IMG/VR virus record: IMGVR_UViG_3300025424_000009
Length of the DNA: 64,000 bases
Direction: 5' to 3' (one strand)
Source of the DNA: a virus
Made by a program: the position numbers and the translations under genes. Position 1 is the first letter of the stretch. Every line of letters begins with the position of its first letter. Positions 1 to 9,434 of this stretch are shown here, one piece after another. The notes beneath the pieces were generated by a model, which did no database searches, was not told where the DNA came from, and was given only the letters and a program-made list of their open reading frames with translations.

Positions 1-567
1 ACTATTCTCATCTCATTTTCTCATTTAGTACAATCAGACTTAGATAGAATTAATCATAAGATGGAAAGCTTTGGATGGCTTCCTTCAGGTGTAGCTTGCA
101 GTAAAAAGAAAGGTAAATATTCTAGTGTTATACAGTCTATATTATATGATAAGACAATAACTGGGAATATTGTAATATCCTATGAAGCAAAATATGACAG
201 AGAGGTTGTAATAGATAGGGGGAGTTTATATCATATATGCCCTGATATAGTATATGAAAAAATTAAGCTAGTAGGCCTTACACCTAAAAGTCAAGGTAAG
301 TTAGTAGATCATCCAAGCAGAGTTTATCTTATAAAGAAAACTTTACCTGTAGATGAAAACACTTTTAATAGTATGGCAATAGCTTTGTATTTAAATTATG
401 CAAATAAAGATAGAGTTAAACAAATGTACGTACTTAAGATAGATGTAGATAAGGTAAAGGATTTTAAATTCTTTGAAGACCCTAACTACAAAGAAGGCAG
501 TGGTGTGTATACCTATCAAAACATACCTCCATATGCAATTTCTTTGAAATATAAAATTGATGTTTAA
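1..567 (+). CDS. ADP-ribosyltransferase-fold (Tpt1/ART-like) domain protein, 5' partial
   Basis: Frame 1 is open from base 1, so the gene probably starts upstream of the window. Motifs LYHIC..I...GLTP, HPSRVYL, VLKIDV and FFEDPN..GVYTYQNIPP resemble H-Y-type ART folds. Confidence 0.55.
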   Translation, partial: TILISFSHLVQSDLDRINHKMESFGWLPSGVACSKKKGKYSSVIQSILYDKTITGNIVISYEAKYDREVVIDRGSLYHICPDIVYEKIKLVGLTPKSQGKLVDHPSRVYLIKKTLPVDENTFNSMAIALYLNYANKDRVKQMYVLKIDVDKVKDFKFFEDPNYKEGSGVYTYQNIPPYAISLKYKIDV

Positions 568-615
568 TTTGTTATTTTCAATAAATACAATTACTTTTAC
601 AAAAAATAGATTAAC

Positions 616-1095
616 ATGAATGATAATTTAATCCAGTGTAAGCACTGTGGCTCTTCATTAGCATATGAAGAAATAAAAGATGGAGTATCCTACGAGGTAC
701 AATGTGTTAGTTGTGGGTTCTTTACCAACAACAGTTTACTAGAGGGTACCGAGGAGTTAAAAGTATACCTAGAAAGTATCCCTACAATCTATGCAGAGTT
801 GAAATTCATAGATGAAGATGGATTATGTTGGATACCTATGTACAAAGATATATACGGTAAAGGTGTGATTGCCATTAACGGAATATCCAAAGATAGATAC
901 ATGTGGTCATTCATACCTTATGTACCTCTTTTAGACACAGATGCTGATAAGGATATGTGGATAAATTCAGATGGTACATACCCAGAGTGGAAGCTTGACT
1001 TCACTAAGCAAGAGCACTTTAGTAAGCATGATTTCTTATTAGCCTTGCACAAGCTGGGATTCTTCAATGAACTTCAAACTATTACAAATGATTAG
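616..1095 (+). CDS. Hypothetical phage protein with N-terminal Zn ribbon
   Basis: CKHC...CVSC motif; 159 aa ORF in the + strand operon. Confidence 0.7.
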   Translation: MNDNLIQCKHCGSSLAYEEIKDGVSYEVQCVSCGFFTNNSLLEGTEELKVYLESIPTIYAELKFIDEDGLCWIPMYKDIYGKGVIAINGISKDRYMWSFIPYVPLLDTDADKDMWINSDGTYPEWKLDFTKQEHFSKHDFLLALHKLGFFNELQTITND

Positions 1096-1723
1096 TATAT
1101 CATATATCATAGGGGCCCACAACGAGGGTCAATCTATCAAGACTTTGGTAGATACCATTCTAAAAGAAAAAGATCCTAATGATGAGCTTATAATCGTAGA
1201 TAATAACAGTGATGACATAAAGACTCTAGCTATATTGTCAGAGTATGACCAATATGTACACACATATACAGAACCTATCAAGGATTTCTCTCACTACAAG
1301 AATTTTAAGAAGGCATTAGCTAAGGGTAACTTTATATTTGACCTAGACGGAGATGAGTTTCCTAACCCTATTCTCCTAAAGACCTTGAAAGAGATTATCC
1401 TCAACAATCATACAGTAGATGTATATGTAGTTCCGAGAGTCAATATAGTAGAAGGTATTACTGATGAGTATGTAAAGCAGATGGGATGGAATAAGGATCA
1501 GGATGGGTTTATTAACTTTCCAGATGGGCAAGCACGTATTTACCGTAATACTCCTGATATAAAATGGGTTAACAAAGTGCACGAAACTTTAACTGGCTAT
1601 AAGGTAATTACCAGGCTTCCTTACCAGAATGAGACAGGCAAGAAGGTTACTGATTACAGTATCCTACACCTAAAGACCTTCGAGAAGCAGAAACAACAAA
1701 ATGAATTATATTCTAAAATTTAA
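1067..1723 (+). CDS. Glycosyltransferase family 2 (GT-A); true start probably at the internal MISISYII
   Basis: ISYIIGAHNE, LIIVDNNSDD, FDLDGDE (DxD) and W..KVHE motifs typical of GT2. Confidence 0.85.
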   Translation: MNFKLLQMISISYIIGAHNEGQSIKTLVDTILKEKDPNDELIIVDNNSDDIKTLAILSEYDQYVHTYTEPIKDFSHYKNFKKALAKGNFIFDLDGDEFPNPILLKTLKEIILNNHTVDVYVVPRVNIVEGITDEYVKQMGWNKDQDGFINFPDGQARIYRNTPDIKWVNKVHETLTGYKVITRLPYQNETGKKVTDYSILHLKTFEKQKQQNELYSKI

Positions 1724-1726
1724 ATT

Positions 1727-2119
1727 ATGACATTAACAACGATATTTTCAATAATTATAATCCACTTTTTGGGTGATTTCGTATTACAAACTGATAAACA
1801 AGCAAAGGGTAAAAGTAAAAATTGGTTAGATTTATTAGAACATACAGGTACGTATGTATCAGTATTCGTTCTACCTATTTGTCTTTTACTAGGTAAAACC
1901 AATCCTTATGGAACCTGTGAATGGTACGTATTAAATACCCTTGCATTTGCAATTATTACGTTTATGTTTCATACTGTAACAGATTATTTTACAAGTAGAT
2001 TAAATAGTAAACTATGGCAAGAAGGTAAGACACATGAATTCTTTGTTAGTATAGGATTTGATCAAATATTACATTATGTTCAATTATTCACAACATATTA
2101 TTTACTTACTAAAATATAA
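1727..2119 (+). CDS. DUF3307-like membrane protein
   Basis: HFLGDFVLQT, LLEH, HTVTDY and GFDQILH pattern with hydrophobic helices. Confidence 0.7.
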   Translation: MTLTTIFSIIIIHFLGDFVLQTDKQAKGKSKNWLDLLEHTGTYVSVFVLPICLLLGKTNPYGTCEWYVLNTLAFAIITFMFHTVTDYFTSRLNSKLWQEGKTHEFFVSIGFDQILHYVQLFTTYYLLTKI

Positions 2120-2122
2120 GGT

Positions 2123-3055
2123 GTGAATATACTTTTCAGAGAGAATCAGTTTAATGAGAGAGGTACTTCGGTATCTCTCTTCGATTATGCTCACTACGCT
2201 GAGACTATACTAGGACACACCTCGTATGTCTGTGCTCCTGTACTATCAGACCTTTCATCCTACGAGAAGTTCATCAATAGGTTCGGTGACAGATGTTGCC
2301 TATATAAAGATAACTTACAAGGTATTGTTGATGACTGTAACATAGATGTAGTTTACCACCAAGTGTCAGGTCAAGTATGTGACCTACGTGTACCTAACAT
2401 AAAGAATGTATACCATGGCGTATTCAACTTTAAGAATCTTGAAGTTACTGCCTACATCAGTGACTGGCTTGCCAAAGAGAACAATAGCATATCTGTACCG
2501 TACATAGTAACACTTCCAGATATAAAACATAATTACAGAGAATCTCTAGGGATACCTTCTCATGCACCAGTAATAGTACGTACAGGAGGCTTTGGAAACT
2601 TTGATATACTAGATGCTCAACGTGCTGTATATGAAACAGCTCTAAGACAACCTAGCACATACTTCCTTATGCTCAATACAGACGAATTCTGCCCCCCTAT
2701 TCCCAACATCATACATATACAAGCAACCACATCTAGAGAGGAAATAACAGCACTTCTGAACACCGCAGATGCATTCCTGTATGCAAGGTCAAGAGGTGAG
2801 ACTTTCGTACTATCTATAGCTGAGGCTTTACACCAAGATGTACCTGTCATATACTACAATGGTGGGTATGATAAAAATCATTTAGAGATGATGCAGGATA
2901 GAGGGTTTGAATGGAATGCATACGCAGAGTTATTCTCCCTACTAGATTCATATAAATATACTAGGGGTTATGAGAAAAGTACTTACAGTTCACTTATAAG
3001 TGAATTCACTCCTGAGAAGGTAATGGAAAAGTTTTCAAAAGTTTTTTTATATTGA
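2123..3055 (+). CDS. GT-B fold glycosyltransferase (GT4-like)
   Basis: RGTSVSLFDYA N-terminal motif; ADAFLYARSRGETFVLSIAEAL...PVI C-terminal nucleotide-sugar motif (canonical ExFG appears as ETFV). Confidence 0.8.
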   Translation: MNILFRENQFNERGTSVSLFDYAHYAETILGHTSYVCAPVLSDLSSYEKFINRFGDRCCLYKDNLQGIVDDCNIDVVYHQVSGQVCDLRVPNIKNVYHGVFNFKNLEVTAYISDWLAKENNSISVPYIVTLPDIKHNYRESLGIPSHAPVIVRTGGFGNFDILDAQRAVYETALRQPSTYFLMLNTDEFCPPIPNIIHIQATTSREEITALLNTADAFLYARSRGETFVLSIAEALHQDVPVIYYNGGYDKNHLEMMQDRGFEWNAYAELFSLLDSYKYTRGYEKSTYSSLISEFTPEKVMEKFSKVFLY

Positions 3056-3069
3056 GTTATACAAACTCA

Positions 3070-3077
3070 TATCTTTG
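3070..3077 (+). promoter_or_regulatory. Bacteroidota sigmaA -7 element (TATCTTTG)
   Basis: Matches TAnnTTTG consensus, intergenic, 16 nt before the ATG at 3094, with TTG about 20 nt upstream. Confidence 0.6.
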
Positions 3078-3093
3078 CTAAAAATATTATTTT

Positions 3094-3828
3094 ATGGTAA
3101 TACTCCCTATCTCAATAGTCATCCTATCATGGAAGGCTCCTAAGACGTTACACAACACCTTATCTACCTATAAGGAGAAAGGGTTATTAGACATCACAGA
3201 TGATGTAACAGTATTCTTCCAAGAGATGCAAGAAGAAGATTCTTTCATATGCCAAGAGTTTGGTGTAAAAGGGATAGGCTCTAGTACTAATATAGGTATT
3301 GGAAAAGCATTTGAAGTATTATTCAATCATGCTAAGTATGATGTAGTGCTTGCACTAGAGAACGACTGGGTAATAGATATACCTAGTGGTGGTGAAGTAC
3401 ATGATATACTTCAAGCATCTAGAGAAGATTTGAAAGGTTACCATGTAGATTTTGTAAGACTTAGACACAATAAAGTGCCTGGAGTCCCTTTATACACAGC
3501 TCAATTCCATGGACGTGAGATGGATTCCCCTGAGCACCTAATAGAGCAAGTTCATTTTTTAGGTAAAGATTTGTCTACCAAATTCCCTGACATATTCACA
3601 TATACTGTTCAAGGGGATGCAGGATTTGTTATAGGAGACAGTCAATACTCTAATTACAGTAACAACCCTTTTATGTGCAGGAAAGACTTCTACTTAACTG
3701 AAGTAGCACCTTATTCTGGTACAGCAGGAGAGAATGAAACATTAATACGTGATAGCTGGATGAAAGGACACTACAAAGTAGCTTTCAATATACCAGGAGT
3801 ATTCACACATAAAAGACTAGATAGATAA
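3094..3828 (+). CDS. GT-A-like glycosyltransferase
   Basis: ISIVILSWK, VLALENDW, FVRLRH and YSNNP motifs resemble GT2-like phage proteins. Confidence 0.65.
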   Translation: MVILPISIVILSWKAPKTLHNTLSTYKEKGLLDITDDVTVFFQEMQEEDSFICQEFGVKGIGSSTNIGIGKAFEVLFNHAKYDVVLALENDWVIDIPSGGEVHDILQASREDLKGYHVDFVRLRHNKVPGVPLYTAQFHGREMDSPEHLIEQVHFLGKDLSTKFPDIFTYTVQGDAGFVIGDSQYSNYSNNPFMCRKDFYLTEVAPYSGTAGENETLIRDSWMKGHYKVAFNIPGVFTHKRLDR

Positions 3829-4715
3829 TGAGAATACTATATATTACAAATTACATTAAGATACAGCAAGCCGGTGGATACATTAATGACTATATGAATG
3901 ACCTTCTGTTCTATGGCTTGTATGAATTACAACAAGAGGGTATTATAACTGAGTTAGTGGACTCAACCTCTATTGCACACTTGTACAAATATAATGATTT
4001 GTTTATATCTAAACAGGCACTGTGGGGTAAAGGGTTCTCACAGACCTTCCTTATAGAAGGTGATGGCCAAGATGTAAATAGACAAAATATAGTAAGTAAA
4101 ATAGTTAACCAATACTTTGATGTAATCATATACGGAGCTTGGAACAGATGCCAAGATTACAGAGATGTAGTTGAAGAATCTTTCAACGGTAAAGTAATAG
4201 TGGTAGATGGTGCTGATGATACCTTGATAAGACCTAAACCCTCTAGGTGGATAGGATTCAAAAGAGAACTAATGCCAGGTGTAGAAGGACAACTACCTAT
4301 CTCGTTTGCAATCCCAGAGTTTAAGTTTAGTCAACCTAATTACAAGAAGACTAAAGATTATGGGACTGTTATCCCAGGAGATAACTCTACATATATCTTC
4401 ACAGATGAAGCCTCTTATTACAAAGACTATAATGATTCTTTCTATGGTGTAACTACTAAGAAAGGTGGCTACGATTGTATTAGACATTACGAAATACCAG
4501 CATCATACTGTATGCCTTATATTCCTGATATAGATTCATTCCCAGACACAGTCCTGACTAACTATCCCAAAAAGCTAATAAAGATAGCAATGTCTTTACC
4601 TGACAAGGACTTTGATAATAATATGTACTATCAACTCATGGATGAGGTATACCAGTATGCAAAGGAAAACCTTACCACTAAAGCATTAGCAAAATACGTT
4701 CTAAGTAAAATTTAA
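3828..4715 (+). CDS. Putative GT-B glycosyltransferase
   Basis: YFDVIIYG, VVDGADD, FKREL, KKGGYDCIRHYEI and 'ENLTTKALAKYVL' C-terminus; context in the GT cluster. Confidence 0.55.
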   Translation: MRILYITNYIKIQQAGGYINDYMNDLLFYGLYELQQEGIITELVDSTSIAHLYKYNDLFISKQALWGKGFSQTFLIEGDGQDVNRQNIVSKIVNQYFDVIIYGAWNRCQDYRDVVEESFNGKVIVVDGADDTLIRPKPSRWIGFKRELMPGVEGQLPISFAIPEFKFSQPNYKKTKDYGTVIPGDNSTYIFTDEASYYKDYNDSFYGVTTKKGGYDCIRHYEIPASYCMPYIPDIDSFPDTVLTNYPKKLIKIAMSLPDKDFDNNMYYQLMDEVYQYAKENLTTKALAKYVLSKI

Positions 4716-4719
4716 GTCT

Positions 4720-5460
4720 ATGATAATAAATAAAACATACTTTGATGATTACAATAATATATTACCCACCCTTCCTGACAAGTCATTTGATGCTATTATA
4801 GCAGACTTACCTTACGCACAAACAAAAGCAAAATGGGATATACTAGTAGATCTCCCTTCCCTATGGCTTCAGTACAAGAGGTTAATAAAAGATAATGGAG
4901 TAATACTACTATTTTCAAAGACTCCCTTTGATAAGATTCTTGGTTGCTCTAATCTTCCTATGCTTAAGTATGAATGGATTTGGGAGAAGACTCAAGCTAC
5001 AGGGTTTTTCAATGCAAAGAAGATGCCTATGCAATCTCATGAGAATATACTAGTATTCTACAACAAACCTCCTAAGTATTACCCTCAAAAGACACAAGGA
5101 CACTCACCTGTTAATTCGTATACAAAAAAGAAAGATATAGCAGACAAGACATTAGTATATGGGGAGAATACAAAAGATATACAAGGAGGAGGTAATACAG
5201 ATAGGTATCCAAGAACTATTCTCAAATTCAGTTCTGACAAGCAAAAGAATAAGCTGGATGGTACTATACACCCTACACAAAAGCCCTTGGCTTTACTAGA
5301 ATACTTAGTCAATACTTATACAGACGTAGGAGATTTAATACTAGATAATGTGGCAGGGTCAGGCCAGACAGGATTGGCAGCAAGGAACTTAAATAGAAAT
5401 TACATCATGTGTGAGAATGACCCCTTCTCCATCGAAATACTTAAAAAAAGAAATTTATGA
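4720..5460 (+). CDS. DNA methyltransferase, N6-adenine/N4-cytosine, beta class
   Basis: Catalytic motif IV ADLPY precedes SAM-binding motif I LDNVAGSG; IWEK, HENILVFY and HPTQKP motifs. Confidence 0.9.
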   Translation: MIINKTYFDDYNNILPTLPDKSFDAIIADLPYAQTKAKWDILVDLPSLWLQYKRLIKDNGVILLFSKTPFDKILGCSNLPMLKYEWIWEKTQATGFFNAKKMPMQSHENILVFYNKPPKYYPQKTQGHSPVNSYTKKKDIADKTLVYGENTKDIQGGGNTDRYPRTILKFSSDKQKNKLDGTIHPTQKPLALLEYLVNTYTDVGDLILDNVAGSGQTGLAARNLNRNYIMCENDPFSIEILKKRNL

Positions 5461-6272
5461 TAATAAAAGATTTAGTAAAAGACAATTCGGCATACGGATC
5501 CATAGCCTGTATAAAGGGAGAAGAATCAGTAGTAAGTATAAGAGGATACTTAGCATATAACTTTGATTTTATCAAGGAGTTTGACACTATTATCCTAGCA
5601 GTGAACTGGTTAGATGGAGTTACTGATGAGACAGTAGATAGATACTTAGAACAATGGTATATGGCATTTCCTAACTCCTATATATACACTACACGTATAT
5701 CTAAAAATCTTGGCCATACACTATCAACTATGGAGTTAGATAATCAACTATTCAGTAAGTGTAAGCAACTGCATATTAAGTGGTTATTCAAATCCACAGA
5801 AGATGTTATCATCAACAGTGCATTTCTAGATAGAAAAATATCTAAATCAGACTTTTATTACTTTAATGGAATTGGAAAAGGAGGTATGGAAAAGTACAAC
5901 TTTGATTATAATTATATTATAGATGCAGACTTCTATCCTAACACCAACTTTTATATCATCAATACTTGGGCAGCAGATTGGTTATATGATGAAGAGCAGA
6001 TATACGAGGTAGATAATTACATTAAAGGTATAGAAAATTATAATGGACGTATCTGGGAATGGGTACCAGGATTCTCTAGTGAAGGTAAGTTGGCCGAGTT
6101 GATTGAGAATAGAAATATAGAGAGTGCACATTTATTAAATACCAGAGAGTATATACTCTTACTTACATTCGTAGACAGGTATAATATTCATGATAACAGT
6201 TTTAAAAACATCATGTGTGGTGATGTATGTCACTTTCATTTTCCTAACCAACCTGTAACAATAATTGAATAG
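5457..6272 (+). CDS. Hypothetical protein, possibly divergent GT-A
   Basis: 271 aa, coupled to its neighbours; KNLGHT and STEDV motifs loosely GT-like. Confidence 0.45.
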   Translation: MIIKDLVKDNSAYGSIACIKGEESVVSIRGYLAYNFDFIKEFDTIILAVNWLDGVTDETVDRYLEQWYMAFPNSYIYTTRISKNLGHTLSTMELDNQLFSKCKQLHIKWLFKSTEDVIINSAFLDRKISKSDFYYFNGIGKGGMEKYNFDYNYIIDADFYPNTNFYIINTWAADWLYDEEQIYEVDNYIKGIENYNGRIWEWVPGFSSEGKLAELIENRNIESAHLLNTREYILLLTFVDRYNIHDNSFKNIMCGDVCHFHFPNQPVTIIE

Positions 6273-6981
6273 CATGACAGTCATATATCGTATCTCAGAC
6301 TCTGGATATCTTAAGCAAAAGCCAGAGTATATAAATAACGTTAATTGTTTATTAAATGCATCTAAGGTATTTCAACACTGCAACTGGCATGTTATAGTAG
6401 ATAATGTAAAAGAACAAAAAACATTAGACACTATCAGTTATGTATCCGCAATAGTAAATGAATTTAGTAGTGAAGTGGTATCAGTAGGTCACGGTGCAGG
6501 TACCTTTAATCTGGCATTAGACTATGCTTTGCAACTACCTATTAACGAGACCGTTTACTTCCTTGAAAATGATTATTTACATCTACCAGGTTCAATTGAA
6601 GCGTTAGAAGATATGTTTTCATTAGGAGCTGACTACACTTGTCTTTATAGGCATCCTGACAAGCACATACCCCCATCTCAAGGAGGTAACCCTCAAGTAG
6701 ATGAAGATGGTGGGTACCTTACTAAGCTGTATCAAGGTGAGAAGGGTTTATACTTTTTAGTTAACTCTACTACTATGACATTTGCAGCTAAGGTGAAAAC
6801 TTTAAGAGAAGATGAGCAGATACTAAGAGATTATACTAAAGGTACCTATCCACAAGATTACCTGATGTTTCTTGCACTCAGAGATAAAGGAAGAAGTCTC
6901 TTATGCCCTACAGAAACTAAAGCTACCCATGGTGAAGTGGCGTGGCTTAGTAAAGGTGTCGAATGGGATAAAATTTGCTAA
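6265..6981 (+). CDS. GT-A-like glycosyltransferase
   Basis: HVIVDNV, GHGAGTFNLAL, YFLENDYLH, YRHPDK and STTMTFA motifs. Confidence 0.65.
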   Translation: MNSMTVIYRISDSGYLKQKPEYINNVNCLLNASKVFQHCNWHVIVDNVKEQKTLDTISYVSAIVNEFSSEVVSVGHGAGTFNLALDYALQLPINETVYFLENDYLHLPGSIEALEDMFSLGADYTCLYRHPDKHIPPSQGGNPQVDEDGGYLTKLYQGEKGLYFLVNSTTMTFAAKVKTLREDEQILRDYTKGTYPQDYLMFLALRDKGRSLLCPTETKATHGEVAWLSKGVEWDKIC

Positions 6982-6996
6982 ATTATTTGGTATGTT

Positions 6997-7017
6997 GATA
7001 TTTATTTAGTACCTTTG
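6997..7017 (+). promoter_or_regulatory. Composite promoter: GATATTTAT motif plus TACCTTTG -7 element
   Basis: Both motifs lie in the 60-nt gap before the homing endonuclease. Confidence 0.5.
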
Positions 7018-7041
7018 TACTAACCAAAATTAACAAAATCA

Positions 7042-7959
7042 ATGGCATACGTTTACAAACACACCACTAAAAATAAAGAAGTTAATGAAGTATTTTATAT
7101 AGGAATAGGAAGTGATGAAGGAGGGAAGTATAAGAGAGCTTACAATATTAGACATAGAAGTGAGTATTGGAAAAGTACTTATAAAAAATACGATCGTGAA
7201 ATTGAAATACTATTTGATAATTTAACATGGGAAGAAGCTCAACAAAAAGAAATAGAACTTATAAAGTTTTATGGCAGAAGAAATTTAGGGTTAGGTACAT
7301 TATGCAATCTGACAGATGGGGGAGAAGGTTCACTAGGTTATGTACCTACTGAAGAGACTTTAATAAAATTATCTGAATCTCATAAAGGTAAAAGTAAAGC
7401 CCCTCTTACAGAGGTACATAAAATGAAGTTAATAGAGGGTTTAAAAAATATAGTAAGAAAACCTGTAAGTGAGGAAACTAAAAAGAAGATGTCTGAATCA
7501 GCTAAAAATAGACCTCCTGAAAGTGAAGAGACCAGGCAAAAAAGGAGTGCTTCTCAAAAATTAAGGGAGGTAAGTGAAGAGACTAAGCAAAGATTAAGAG
7601 AAATGAGTTCAGGCAAAGGTCCTACAAAAGAAGCTGCTTTAAAAATATCTAAAGCTAATAAAGGTAAAAAGAAGCCTCCAAGGACTGATGAGCATAAATT
7701 AAATTTAAGTAAAGCTTGGAAAACTAGACCGCCTATTAAAGATAGTACTAGAGAAAAATGGTCTAAAAGTAGTAAAGGTAATAGTTATCGTGCTATACCT
7801 GTATTGCAATTAAGTACAGGCAGAATATTTAAATCAATAGAAGAAGTAGCAATTTTTCTAAATATAACTAGAAACTATCTGTATAAAAAATTCAGTAAAT
7901 TTACAGATTTTAAAAAATTAGATTCAAAAGAAAATTTAAATAATATTAATAATGAGTAA
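7042..7959 (+). CDS. Free-standing GIY-YIG-like homing endonuclease with NUMOD3 repeats
   Basis: YVYKH...FYIGIG, E..LIKFYGR and NLTDGGEG motifs, followed by repeated SEETKxKMSES-type units. Confidence 0.85.
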   Translation: MAYVYKHTTKNKEVNEVFYIGIGSDEGGKYKRAYNIRHRSEYWKSTYKKYDREIEILFDNLTWEEAQQKEIELIKFYGRRNLGLGTLCNLTDGGEGSLGYVPTEETLIKLSESHKGKSKAPLTEVHKMKLIEGLKNIVRKPVSEETKKKMSESAKNRPPESEETRQKRSASQKLREVSEETKQRLREMSSGKGPTKEAALKISKANKGKKKPPRTDEHKLNLSKAWKTRPPIKDSTREKWSKSSKGNSYRAIPVLQLSTGRIFKSIEEVAIFLNITRNYLYKKFSKFTDFKKLDSKENLNNINNE

Positions 7960-8737
7960 ATCTATTTCAGTTATTGTACCTACTTTTCGTGAACCTTCAC
8001 ATTTATCTTTATGTCTAGAATCATTAATAAAAGGACAAGATAATGATAATGAGATTATTGTAGTGTGTGATGGCTATAGAATTGAAAATCAACATGTACT
8101 TGATAAATGGAAAGATAATATTAAAGTATTAGACTTAGAAACTAATCAAGGTCTTGCACGAGCAACTAATTATGGTTGTTATGTAGCCAGTTGTGAATTA
8201 ATCTTAATAATTAATGATGATAATGTTATGCCAAATCAATGGGATAGTAGGTTACTTCAAGATTATGAAGATAACTCAGTAATCTCTATAAATCAGATAG
8301 AACCAGTACCTTCTATGTTTAGACAATTTTATATAAAAAATTTTGGACGTACTGTATCTGAATTCAATCTTTCTAAATTCACAGAAGAAGAATTGAATAT
8401 ATCAAATACGTATGGTAAAGAATGTGGGTATATAGATAATACAGGGAGTACACTACCATTCTTAATATCAAAAAGAAATTTTCTTATGTTAGGTGGATGG
8501 GATATAGAGTATAATAAACTTGGGGTTTGTGTTGACTGGGATTTTTTTTTAAAAGTAAGCCTTTCCCATTTAAAAATTAAACGTACATACAGAGTACATG
8601 TATATCATTTTGTATCAGTCAGTACAGGTACTAATAGGCAAGAAATAGAACGTATTGGTCATGACTTTGCTAAATATAAGTGGGGCTATTATATTCAACA
8701 TGACCCATACACTAATAAAAAATATTTGGCTAGATAG
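7952..8737 (+). CDS. Glycosyltransferase family 2
   Basis: SISVIVPTFRE, EIIVVCDG, NQGLARATNYG, LIINDD, GGWD and DWDF motifs. Confidence 0.9.
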   Translation: MSKSISVIVPTFREPSHLSLCLESLIKGQDNDNEIIVVCDGYRIENQHVLDKWKDNIKVLDLETNQGLARATNYGCYVASCELILIINDDNVMPNQWDSRLLQDYEDNSVISINQIEPVPSMFRQFYIKNFGRTVSEFNLSKFTEEELNISNTYGKECGYIDNTGSTLPFLISKRNFLMLGGWDIEYNKLGVCVDWDFFLKVSLSHLKIKRTYRVHVYHFVSVSTGTNRQEIERIGHDFAKYKWGYYIQHDPYTNKKYLAR

Positions 8738-8772
8738 AATAATACTATTATCTTTACAAAAAAATAATAATT

Positions 8773-9147
8773 ATGGAATTTATAGACATTAGGAAGTTAG
8801 TAGGAAAAACTCTCACAAGTATTAAAGGTGGGGTAGGTAGTGACGAACTTATATTAACTACTACAGAAGGTGTAGTTTACAAAATGTTTCACGATCAACA
8901 TTGCTGTGAATATGTATATGTTCAAGACATCATAGGAGACTTAAATGACTTGGTAGGTACCACTATCATACAAGCAGAAGAAGTTACAAGTGATAAACAT
9001 CCTGAAGGATATAAGCCTGATGGATATATAGACTCATTCACATGGACATTCTATAAGTTTGCAACTATAAAAGGTTATGTAACTATAAGGTGGTTAGGTG
9101 AGTCTAATGGATATTATTCTGAATCAGTGGAAATTATTAAATGGTAA
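8773..9147 (+). CDS. Conserved phage hypothetical protein
   Basis: HDQHCCE.V..IIGDL.DL.G...AEE and SFTWTFYKFAT.KG.V.IRW.GESNGYYSE pattern recognised from phage proteins. Confidence 0.75.
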   Translation: MEFIDIRKLVGKTLTSIKGGVGSDELILTTTEGVVYKMFHDQHCCEYVYVQDIIGDLNDLVGTTIIQAEEVTSDKHPEGYKPDGYIDSFTWTFYKFATIKGYVTIRWLGESNGYYSESVEIIKW

Positions 9148-9156
9148 AACAAATAT

Positions 9157-9411
9157 ATGACAAGTAAAACAAGTGTGTATGCTGCTAAGATAGCAGAGCA
9201 ATTAGCAGGAATCTTTGATCCCTCTTCTCCCAATTACATTGATTTAGAAAGTCTATCAGATAATGATAACTTTGAAGAATTTATGTTTGCACTAGCAGTA
9301 GTGGTTCCACATACAGTGTATACAAAAGGTACAGATTCAGAAGTAGATGTACTAGAGTTTAATCACCTCATGAACAGATTGATATTTAAAAGAAGTTTAT
9401 CTGATGTATAG
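9157..9411 (+). CDS. Hypothetical protein
   Basis: 84 aa ORF with A-rich leader, co-oriented. Confidence 0.65.
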   Translation: MTSKTSVYAAKIAEQLAGIFDPSSPNYIDLESLSDNDNFEEFMFALAVVVPHTVYTKGTDSEVDVLEFNHLMNRLIFKRSLSDV

Positions 9412-9434
9412 GCGTAGGTTTGATATTTATAAAT

